A stretch of DNA of 48,758 bases from NCBI GenBank assembly GCA_964607595.1, contig CAZSLT010000001.1:1-48758 (forward strand), in the 5' to 3' direction. The stretch is from an uncultured Phycisphaeraceae bacterium. GTDB lineage: Bacteria > Planctomycetota > Phycisphaerae > Phycisphaerales > UBA1924. Every line of letters starts with the position of its first letter. The stretch's first letter is position 1. Positions 37,401-44,841 of this stretch are shown here, in pieces. The translations under genes and the position numbers were made by a program. The notes beneath the pieces are model-generated. The model had not been told where the DNA came from. It searched no databases and saw only the letters and a list, made by a program, of their open reading frames with translations.

Positions 37401-37828
37401 GGGTGATGCAGCCGCGCCAGCGTCTCGGTCTCGAACCGGAATCGCAGGTACGCGTCCGCGTCGGCCATCGCGTGATTGAGCACCTTCAGCGCCACCCGTC
37501 GCTTGGGCTGTTCCTGAATCGCCTCGTACACCGTCGCCATGCCCCCGACACCGAGCACACCGACGATCAGATAGGTGCCGACGGCGTCGGGGATCGGGCG
37601 CGGCTCGCCCCGGGCGGCCTCCAGCGCCGGCCGATCGAGAAAGTTCGAGGTCTTATCGGCCGCGTCCAGCAGCGCCAGCACCCGCTTCATCAGCGCGGGA
37701 TCGTCCGGGCATTGCGAGCGCACGAATTCGCGCCGATGGGCCGGGTCCTGCTCCATCGCGCGCATGAGCAGCGCGTGCGAGCGCCGGGCCAGTTCAATCT
37801 CCGGCGGCATCGGAGCGCTCCGGCTCAT
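34415..37828 (-). CDS. Ser/Thr protein kinase with one TM helix and a long canonical WD40 beta-propeller region
   Basis: Kinase motifs [37 protein letters not shown]. TM helix [19 protein letters not shown]. More than 10 WD40 units (for example [31 protein letters not shown]). The start is either ATG 37828 or ATG 37810; both overlap the sigma gene end. Confidence 0.9.
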   Translation of the reverse strand: [1137 protein letters not shown]

Positions 37829-38390
37829 GGTCTGAGAGTCTGTGGAACAGCCACGCGCGGGCCACCTGCCAGTCGCGATCAACGCTCCTGGCGCCGATGG
37901 ACATCGCCTCGGCGACCTCGGGGACGGTCAGTCCGCCGAAGAATCGCAACTCGACAATCCGGGCCTGGCGCTCGTCGATCTCGGCCAGTTCATCGAGCGC
38001 TTCGTTCAGCGCGACAAGGTCGAGCTCACGATCCGGCGCCGCGATCTCCTGGTCCTCGATGCGGACCCGTTGCTGCCCGCCGCCCCGCTTCAGAGCGTGG
38101 CGCTCGCGCGCGTGGTCGATGAGGATCCGCCGGATAATCCGCGACGCGATCGAGAAGAAGTGCAGCCGGTCGTTCCACTCAGCGGTCCGCTGATTCACCA
38201 GCCGAAGGTACGCCTCATGCACCAGCGCTGTCGGATGGAGCGTGTGACCGGCGCGCTCGTTCCGCAGTTGACTGGCCGCCAGACGCTTGAGGTCATCGTA
38301 AATCGCCGACATCAGCCGCTCGGCGTCCCGCGGATCGCCGGAAGACGCGGCCCGCAGAAGCATCGTGAGGTCGCCGGGCGCATCGTTCAT
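37794..38390 (-). CDS. ECF-type RNA polymerase sigma factor, kinase-associated (ECF43-like / Sig-70_X6-like)
   Basis: Region 2 ...TALVHEAYLRL...RLHFFSIASRIIRRILIDHARERHALKRGGG. Region 4 ...LRFFGGLTVPEVAEAMSIGARSVDRDWQVARAWL. AGGAG lies 9 nt upstream of ATG 38390. Confidence 0.85.
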   Translation of the reverse strand: MNDAPGDLTMLLRAASSGDPRDAERLMSAIYDDLKRLAASQLRNERAGHTLHPTALVHEAYLRLVNQRTAEWNDRLHFFSIASRIIRRILIDHARERHALKRGGGQQRVRIEDQEIAAPDRELDLVALNEALDELAEIDERQARIVELRFFGGLTVPEVAEAMSIGARSVDRDWQVARAWLFHRLSDHEPERSDAAGD

Positions 38391-38542
38391 GCCGGTGGCT
38401 CCTGTCGGGTCGGGGCGCCGCTCGGACGCCCTTGTGCGGCACTCTATCACCGCGCCGCGCGGCTCGGGAATCGCCAACGCCCCGGCGGCGTCGCGGGCCC
38501 GGGGCGGTGGTGTCGGTAGTGGAGAGGTCTTTGGCAAGGGAG

Positions 38543-39229
38543 TTACATTCGTGCGCGGCGCCGGCGGGTCACGCCCGTCAACCCCGCGACTCCCATCGCC
38601 GTCAGCACGCCCGGCGAGGGGATCAAAGTAAAGTCGTCAACGAAGGCCGACTGCGGGTTCATGACCGCGTTCACACCATCGACCATCTCGACCCTCGCCC
38701 GCACGAACGCCGTGCCGGGCGCCGAGACGCCGTCGACCGTGAACTCACGCCACACGCTGTCCCGCGGGTTGAGCAGGTTGATGTCGAGCATGGCCGAGGC
38801 GACGACGAGCTTGTCGGAGTCGAGGAACTCCATCACGAGGTTTGTCGCTTCGCTCTGGTAGTGCTCCTCAAACTTGAACCAGGCCGAGAGGGAGTACTCG
38901 CCGCCGGGCGCGGCCGGCACATCCTGGTAGAGCTCCGCCCGGACGGCGGGAGGGGCGTCCTCGTTCCAACCGCCCTCAAACGACCTCAGCCACAGGCCGC
39001 GCTCCCCGCCGGGCGTGTGATTGGCGAAGTTGGTGAAGCTCGCCGAGTTGGCCGTATCGCCGATGAAGTCGAGCGAGGGCTCGATCAGCGTCCAGCCGAC
39101 GACGGCCTCAGACTCGCCGGGGCCGCCGATGGGCAGCTCGAGCGACCCGTTCATCAGCAAAGACCTGGCCTGGGCGGTCCCGGCGCTAGCGGACGCCAGA
39201 AGAAGGACTGAGAGCGTTGTGCGGTGCAT
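38543..39229 (-). CDS. Secreted jelly-roll/CBM-like protein with PEP-CTERM-type C-terminal sorting signal (228 aa)
   Basis: Signal peptide MHRTTLSVLLLASASAGTAQA. C-terminus IPSPGVLTAMGVAGLTGVTRRRRA (Pro-x-Pro, hydrophobic helix, Arg cluster). Confidence 0.7.
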   Translation of the reverse strand: MHRTTLSVLLLASASAGTAQARSLLMNGSLELPIGGPGESEAVVGWTLIEPSLDFIGDTANSASFTNFANHTPGGERGLWLRSFEGGWNEDAPPAVRAELYQDVPAAPGGEYSLSAWFKFEEHYQSEATNLVMEFLDSDKLVVASAMLDINLLNPRDSVWREFTVDGVSAPGTAFVRARVEMVDGVNAVMNPQSAFVDDFTLIPSPGVLTAMGVAGLTGVTRRRRARM

Positions 39230-39292
39230 CTCTTGACTCCTGTGCAGGGGGCTCACGGCCCGTTAGTTCCTGTGAACAAGTGTGGGTTGACC

Positions 39293-41485
39293 TCAGAGGA
39301 CGCGGGAACGGCCCCGACGACGCGCCACAAAGAGCCCGCCGGCGCCCAGAATCACGCCGGACGCGGGGGAGGGCACGATGTTGTCGAGCCGCAGCACGAC
39401 CGAGTTCGGGTGGTAGAGGACCGACCACTCATAGGTCGCCGAGCCGACCTGGGTCACCGGGTCGTGGTCGAACGAGCCGGTCACCGACCCGGCCGCCAGC
39501 AGGATCTCGAACTCGTCTCCGATGCTGGGGTAGAACATCCCCGTCCCCGGGTCGACAAGCAGGACATCCAGCACACCGTCGAGGAACGCATCTCCGCCCG
39601 AAACGATCAGCAGGTCGTGCTCATCGCCCGCGAGGTGCCCGCCGAGCGTGACCTTCCAGATCGCGTCGGCGGTGCTGTCGAAGCGGTCCACGCTGGCCGC
39701 GCCCGCCGAAAAGATGGTCTCGCCGAACCCGACTTCAAAGACGCCGTCGTTGATCAGCCCGATCTGGTTGAGCGAAACGCCGTCGCTGAGGGAGAATTCC
39801 GTGTCGGAGCCGTTGCTGATCGTGCCAAGGCCCGTGAACTCCGCGCCGGGCTGGACGATGGTGTCGCCCGTGACACGGAGCACCGCGGAGGCAGGGCCGA
39901 TGTCCACCGTGCTGATCGCGCTGATTAGAAGGTCAGAAGAGATGCCGGCGCGTCCCGACTCGAGGACCAGATTCCCGTACATCTGGAGCGCCGATCCGGA
40001 AATCCGAAAAACATTGAAGTGCGGGCCGCCCGTGAGGTGCATCTCACCGTAGTGGCTCCACGGTCCCTCGGACATGTTCATATGCAGCTTGGCGGTGAGC
40101 CCTCCGCCGATGTCCATGCTGCCCGTAAAGCTGCTCGCCCCGTTCGACTGAAGCGCCTCCGCATTCACCGCCAGGTTTGAGTGGATATCCCAGTGCGCGT
40201 CGCCCGAAGCGCCGTCCATGTCGAAGGTGTCCGCGGTGATGACCGCCCCGAGCGAACTGCTCACCTCGGCGTCCCCGTTCTGCCGGGCCACGCCATTGAG
40301 GGTCACTTGCCCATCCCATTCGGTCGGGCCGTTGAAGAACACGCCGCCGTCCGCCAGACTCGCGGCAAAGGAAGTGAACTCACCGCCGCGCATCGTTGTC
40401 GGCCCGTCGAAGTCAATCCGTGCTTCCTCACCGGCGATGTACGCACCACCCTCGACCGTGGTCGGCCCGTCAAACTCAAGCCATCCGGACGGGCCGAGGA
40501 AAGAGAAGGCGGTCGATTCCAGTGTCGCCGGCGCCAGCACCCTCAGGTGACCCTGGTCCCCAGCAATCCCGACATTCCCGCCGATCGAGAAATGCTCGCC
40601 GCCGATGAGCGACGCTGCGTTCGGCGTTCCATTGCCAATGACAAGGATCCCACCGTTCGAGTCGGTCGACCAGCCACCGCCGACATTCATGTTCAGATAG
40701 CTCCCCGGCGACATGTAGATGGAGCCGCTGAACGCGTCATTCATCGACTCGGCGTTGACCTCAAGAACGCTGAACGGTGTATCGAGGCGGATCTGACCGT
40801 CGCCGGTCAGACCATCGAGGTCAATCCAGCCCGTGCCGATCTGAGTCAGCGTCATCCCGCCGTTGTTGGAGGGGATGATCCAGCCCTCGTTCCGGAAGCC
40901 GTCGCTGTCATTGAGACCGAACTGAATTTCGCCAAGCCCCGTGATCGATCCGTTGTTGATCGATCCGCCGTGCAGGTACGACTTGGAGCCGTTATGCAGC
41001 TCGATGACGGTGCCAGGGGCGGTGTCCAGCCGGCCCCACATGTCGAAGGTGCTCACGACAGAACTGCTCGGGCGCACAATCAGCGTCGAGCCCACATCCT
41101 CCAGCCGCAGCACGCCAGTGGTGTGCAACTGGCTCCCGCCCAGGTCGAGCGTGGCGCCGTTGGAGATCTCCATCGACTCGGCGAAAATCGTAAACGCGGT
41201 GCTCTCCCACAAGCCCATCGTCACCGTGTCGCCGTGCGCCGCCGGCAGGTCGCCGATGTGGATCTGCCCGTCCGTCTCGCCGAAAGTCCCGGGAGCCCCG
41301 AAGACCGGCGCGCCGTTGGCCATCCAGTTCGTCGTCAGCCAATCGCCGTCGCCACCGAGCCAGGACCAATTGACGCCCCCATAGGCGGGGACCGTCATCC
41401 CGGTCGCGGCCAGCAACGCCGCGATCACCGGGCGGCCCAGCGATCGGGCCGAGGAACATTGCGAGTTCAGTGTGTCAGGATGCAT
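39293..41485 (-). CDS. Large secreted beta-helix-repeat protein with PEP-CTERM-type sorting signal (730 aa)
   Basis: N-terminal signal, then a W..G....W....NW opening (VNWSWLGGDGDWLTTNW) as in autotransporter-associated beta-strand repeats. Gly/Asn-rich repeats. C-terminus VPSPASGVILGAGGLFVARRRGR. It is a paralogue of the next gene. Confidence 0.75.
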   Translation of the reverse strand: MHPDTLNSQCSSARSLGRPVIAALLAATGMTVPAYGGVNWSWLGGDGDWLTTNWMANGAPVFGAPGTFGETDGQIHIGDLPAAHGDTVTMGLWESTAFTIFAESMEISNGATLDLGGSQLHTTGVLRLEDVGSTLIVRPSSSVVSTFDMWGRLDTAPGTVIELHNGSKSYLHGGSINNGSITGLGEIQFGLNDSDGFRNEGWIIPSNNGGMTLTQIGTGWIDLDGLTGDGQIRLDTPFSVLEVNAESMNDAFSGSIYMSPGSYLNMNVGGGWSTDSNGGILVIGNGTPNAASLIGGEHFSIGGNVGIAGDQGHLRVLAPATLESTAFSFLGPSGWLEFDGPTTVEGGAYIAGEEARIDFDGPTTMRGGEFTSFAASLADGGVFFNGPTEWDGQVTLNGVARQNGDAEVSSSLGAVITADTFDMDGASGDAHWDIHSNLAVNAEALQSNGASSFTGSMDIGGGLTAKLHMNMSEGPWSHYGEMHLTGGPHFNVFRISGSALQMYGNLVLESGRAGISSDLLISAISTVDIGPASAVLRVTGDTIVQPGAEFTGLGTISNGSDTEFSLSDGVSLNQIGLINDGVFEVGFGETIFSAGAASVDRFDSTADAIWKVTLGGHLAGDEHDLLIVSGGDAFLDGVLDVLLVDPGTGMFYPSIGDEFEILLAAGSVTGSFDHDPVTQVGSATYEWSVLYHPNSVVLRLDNIVPSPASGVILGAGGLFVARRRGRSRVL

Positions 41486-41577
41486 GAAGACTCTCCCTGT
41501 GCCGCGGGCCGGGGCCCGCGCTGTGTGCGTGTGAACCAACCGATGAGTGTGTGGAGTGACCGAGATGGCCGGCGCCA

Positions 41578-43788
41578 TCACGCCCTGCGGCGGATCGAGA
41601 CGACCAGCCCGCAGAGCCCGATGAGCGCCACGCTCCCCGGCGTCGGGACGACGCTCTCGAGCCGCAGCGCCACCGTGTGCGGGTTGTAGATCACCGACCA
41701 GTGATAGGTCGCCGAGCCGACCTGGCTGATCGGGTCGTCGATGAAGGTCCCCGAGACGACGCCGACCGAGGCGAGAATCGTGAACTCGTCGCCGACCTGT
41801 GGCAGAAACAGACCGGCGCCGAGATCGACGAGATCAACCGTCAGCAGCCCGGCGAGCGTCGCCCCGCCGCCGGAGACCAGAAGCTGATCGCGCTCCGTGC
41901 CCGCGTCATACCCACCGAGCGTCACCGCCCAGATGGCCGAGTCGCTCGACTCGAAGCGGTCCACCGACGCGATCCCCGCGGAGTCCGGCGAAGCGTCATC
42001 ACCGCCCAGCGCCAATAACCCCTCGTTCCGCAGCCCGACATCATTCAACGCGGCACCGCCGAACAGCCGCATCTCGCCACCTTCGCCGTTGACAAGCGTG
42101 CCCACACCCGCGAAATCGGCCCCCGCGTGGACCGTGGTCCGGCCCCGCATCCGCAGGGCGGCGTCGGCCCCGCCAAGTTCGAGCTCCGACCCGCCGAGGA
42201 ACGCGATATCCGACTCGATCTGCGCCTTGCCGCTCGGCAGGACCATCGACCCCGAGTAGTCCAGCGCCGAACCGCTCAGCCGAGTGACGAAGAACGGGTT
42301 CAGGCCGGTGAGATGAATGTCCGCATCCGACGACCACGCGTCGTCGGCGACATGAACCCTGAGCTCCGAGAGGAACCCGCCGCCGATCGTGATGGAACCG
42401 CCGACGCTGTCCGAGCCGTCGGACTGCAGCTGCTTCGCGTTCACGGTCAGCGGGCTGGCGATCGTCCAGTGGGTCGAGTTCGTGACACCGTCCATGTCGA
42501 AGCGACTCGCGTTGATCACCGCGCCCAGGCCGCCGTTGCTCGCAGCATCGCCGTTCTGACGGACGAATCCGTTGAACGACGCGGCGCCTTCCCACGATGT
42601 CGGCCCGTTAAACAAGACCCGGCCGCCCGTGCCGCTGTCATCGTCGGTGACGAAAGATCCGCCTTGAACCGTCGTCTGGCCGTTGAACCGCAGCTCGGCG
42701 CCCTCACGAATCTCGAAGTTGCCGCCCTCGACATTGACACTCGTACCCGTGTCCAGGCCGAAGTCGGCCACCGTCCCGGCGCGCAGCCCGACGCGCGCCT
42801 CAGGCAGCAGATTGAATGTGCTCGACTCGATGCGCATCTGAGCGCCCTCGCCGCCGGTGAGCTTCAAGTCGCCTGCAAACGAGAACTCGCCGCCGCGGAT
42901 CACCGCCGGGCCGTGCTCGTACTCCGGGAACCCCGCGACCCAGAAAGTGCTGTTGGCATCCGCGGTCCAACCCTCGGTCAGGTTCATGAAGAGATCGGCG
43001 TCGTAGCCCATCGTGATCTGGCCGCTGAAACTGTCGGACAGCCCGACGCCGTCCATCCGCACGGTGGAACCCTGGCCGGCATCGGGGTCGTACGAGCCCA
43101 TATGGAGGTGCCCATCGCCGCTCGTCCCGTCCAGATCGAACCGGCCGTCGCCGGTCTGCAGCATCCTGATCCCGGTGCCCGAGCCGACCTGGATCACGCC
43201 GTTGTTGATCAGCGTCGATCCGCTGCCGTGGAAGGTCAGGTAGCCGTCGCCGTAGATCGAGCTGTCGTTATTCACCAACTGCCCGTCGAAATGCGCGATC
43301 GCGTTCACCAGCCGGAGCTGCGCCAGGTCATTGAGCGTCAGATTGTCGGCGCCGAGCGACAGTCCGTCGACTGATCCGAGCCGGAGACGAGACCGATAGA
43401 GAAAACTCCCCGTGCCGTCATCGAACGGCACCGAGTTATGCCCCGAGATCTCGATATCGCCGTTCACACGGAGCGATGAATGACCGGTATCCAGTGTCAT
43501 CCCGTTCACAATGGTCAGCCCCGCGATCGTCTCCGGGACATTGAGGTGCACCGTCGAGTTCCCCGTGCCGGGGTGCACACCCATGAACACATTGGCCGCC
43601 TCGGTCGGCGCCACCGGCAGCGACCAGTTCAGCGGCACCGACCACTGATCGCTCACCATCCCGGTCCACTGCCACTGCGCCGCCGCGGGCGAGGCAAGCC
43701 CCGCCGCGATCATCAACGCCGCTGCATTCCCCATGCCCCGCGGGGCGTGTGCGCGCCCCGCCGTCGTCGGACTCCCTGCTCGCTTCAT
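41578..43788 (-). CDS. Large secreted beta-helix-repeat protein with PEP-CTERM-type sorting signal (736 aa)
   Basis: Signal ...GNAAALMIAAGLASPAAAQWQWTG. Collinear similarity to 39293..41485 (FNGPTSWEGAASFNGFVRQNGDA vs FNGPTEWDGQVTLNGVARQNGDA; QVGSATYHWSVIYNP vs QVGSATYEWSVLYHP). C-terminus VPTPGSVALIGLCGLVVSIRRRA. ATG 43788 is preceded by AGGAG. Confidence 0.75.
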   Translation of the reverse strand: MKRAGSPTTAGRAHAPRGMGNAAALMIAAGLASPAAAQWQWTGMVSDQWSVPLNWSLPVAPTEAANVFMGVHPGTGNSTVHLNVPETIAGLTIVNGMTLDTGHSSLRVNGDIEISGHNSVPFDDGTGSFLYRSRLRLGSVDGLSLGADNLTLNDLAQLRLVNAIAHFDGQLVNNDSSIYGDGYLTFHGSGSTLINNGVIQVGSGTGIRMLQTGDGRFDLDGTSGDGHLHMGSYDPDAGQGSTVRMDGVGLSDSFSGQITMGYDADLFMNLTEGWTADANSTFWVAGFPEYEHGPAVIRGGEFSFAGDLKLTGGEGAQMRIESSTFNLLPEARVGLRAGTVADFGLDTGTSVNVEGGNFEIREGAELRFNGQTTVQGGSFVTDDDSGTGGRVLFNGPTSWEGAASFNGFVRQNGDAASNGGLGAVINASRFDMDGVTNSTHWTIASPLTVNAKQLQSDGSDSVGGSITIGGGFLSELRVHVADDAWSSDADIHLTGLNPFFVTRLSGSALDYSGSMVLPSGKAQIESDIAFLGGSELELGGADAALRMRGRTTVHAGADFAGVGTLVNGEGGEMRLFGGAALNDVGLRNEGLLALGGDDASPDSAGIASVDRFESSDSAIWAVTLGGYDAGTERDQLLVSGGGATLAGLLTVDLVDLGAGLFLPQVGDEFTILASVGVVSGTFIDDPISQVGSATYHWSVIYNPHTVALRLESVVPTPGSVALIGLCGLVVSIRRRA

Positions 43789-43894
43789 CGTCTTGACTCC
43801 TGTGTGACGCCCCCGCTCCGGGTCTGACTCCTCCGGGGGCATGCACAAGGACGCGACATCCGCCCCCGCACCGCGCCAGGGATCGACGCGAATA

Positions 43895-43920
43895 CACCGA
43901 CGCAGCCGAGGTCGATCAAC
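43895..43920. repeat. Direct repeat copy 1 (CACCGACGCAGCCGAGGTCGATCAAC)
   Basis: 22 of 26 positions are identical to 44132..44156. It contains the imperfect palindrome GTCGATCAAC, centred on GATC. Confidence 0.5.
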
Positions 43921-44131
43921 ATCGGGGTGGGGCCGGATTTCAAGGCGCACAATGGTCGCTCTCGCAGATAGCGGCCATGAGCACTCGGGCCGATGAAAGG
44001 CCCGAGCGCAACGCCAAAACACGCCCCGGGGGAGGTGGCCCCCGGAGCGCGGCTCTAAAGAAGTGAACGCGGCGGGCCGGCAACACCGGTCGCCCGCCGG
44101 ACGCCCATACGCCGGCCGAAGCGCACCCCGC

Positions 44132-44156
44132 CACCGACGACCCCGAGTCGATCAAC
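44132..44156. repeat. Direct repeat copy 2 (CACCGACGACCCCGAGTCGATCAAC)
   Basis: Second copy of the intergenic repeat, 237 nt from copy 1, in the same orientation. Confidence 0.5.
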
Positions 44157-44199
44157 GCACATGCAGGGGGGGTTCACCCTGCGATCATGAGATTCCGGA

Positions 44200-44227
44200 T
44201 TAGAAATCGTTCATTCGTGGGTATAGT
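44200..44227 (+). promoter_or_regulatory. Candidate sigma70-like promoter of the divergent ECF sigma gene
   Basis: TTAGAA (44200-44205), a 16-nt spacer, then TATAGT (44222-44227), inside the only AT-rich patch of the spacer. The -10 element ends 8 nt before ATG 44236. Confidence 0.25.
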
Positions 44228-44235
44228 CGGTTCTG

Positions 44236-44841
44236 ATGAGCGAACCCCAGCCAGCATCGGACGGGCACGCCGGGACGAACACCCTGATGCTGCGCCTCTA
44301 TGACGAGGTGCGCAAACTCGCCCACGACCGCCTCCGCCACCAACGCTCCGGCACGCGGTTGCAGACCACCGAAGTGGTCCACGAGGTCTACATCAAGCTC
44401 TCTCGCGCGGGCGGAGCCGGTTGGGAAAGCCGCGCCCACTTCTTCGGATCCGCGGCCAGGGCGATGAAGCAGGTGCTCATCGACTTCGCACGCCGCTCCC
44501 AGCGTGCCCGCATCGCAGGTCAGAACCCCGATGAACTCTCCGCGGATCACTCTACGGAGCCCGATCAGTTTCCAGACTCCGGCGCCTCGCTCGGCGTCAA
44601 GTTTGAAGGCAAGGACTACTCATTCAGTCTCGATGAACTGGCCATGCGTCTGCAGGAGCTCGACGAGATCGATCCACGACGCGTCGATGTTGTCGTCTGC
44701 AAGTTCTTCGCGGGCATGAGCGAGGATCAGATCGCCTCGTTCCTTGGCGTTTCGACCAGGACGGTCCAGCGCGACTGGCAGTACGCACGGGCATGGCTCG
44801 GCCAGCACATCCTCGGGAGCGCGCACGATCATGGATCTTGA
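44236..44841 (+). CDS. ECF-type RNA polymerase sigma factor, kinase-associated, divergent paralogue
   Basis: Region 2 ...TTEVVHEVYIKL...RAHFFGSAARAMKQVLIDFARR. Region 4 ...CKFFAGMSEDQIASFLGVSTRTVQRDWQYARAWL. It lacks the KRGG motif of the other copy and has a longer inter-region linker. Confidence 0.8.
   Translation: MSEPQPASDGHAGTNTLMLRLYDEVRKLAHDRLRHQRSGTRLQTTEVVHEVYIKLSRAGGAGWESRAHFFGSAARAMKQVLIDFARRSQRARIAGQNPDELSADHSTEPDQFPDSGASLGVKFEGKDYSFSLDELAMRLQELDEIDPRRVDVVVCKFFAGMSEDQIASFLGVSTRTVQRDWQYARAWLGQHILGSAHDHGS

Noticed and set aside
43940-44155. A 71-aa minus-strand ORF (TTG start) inside the divergent spacer.
   Set aside because: It has a non-canonical start and no RBS. Its sequence is Ala/Gly/Ser/Arg-rich. 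It is built from the hairpin and repeat sequences themselves, so an RNA/DNA-level function is more plausible.
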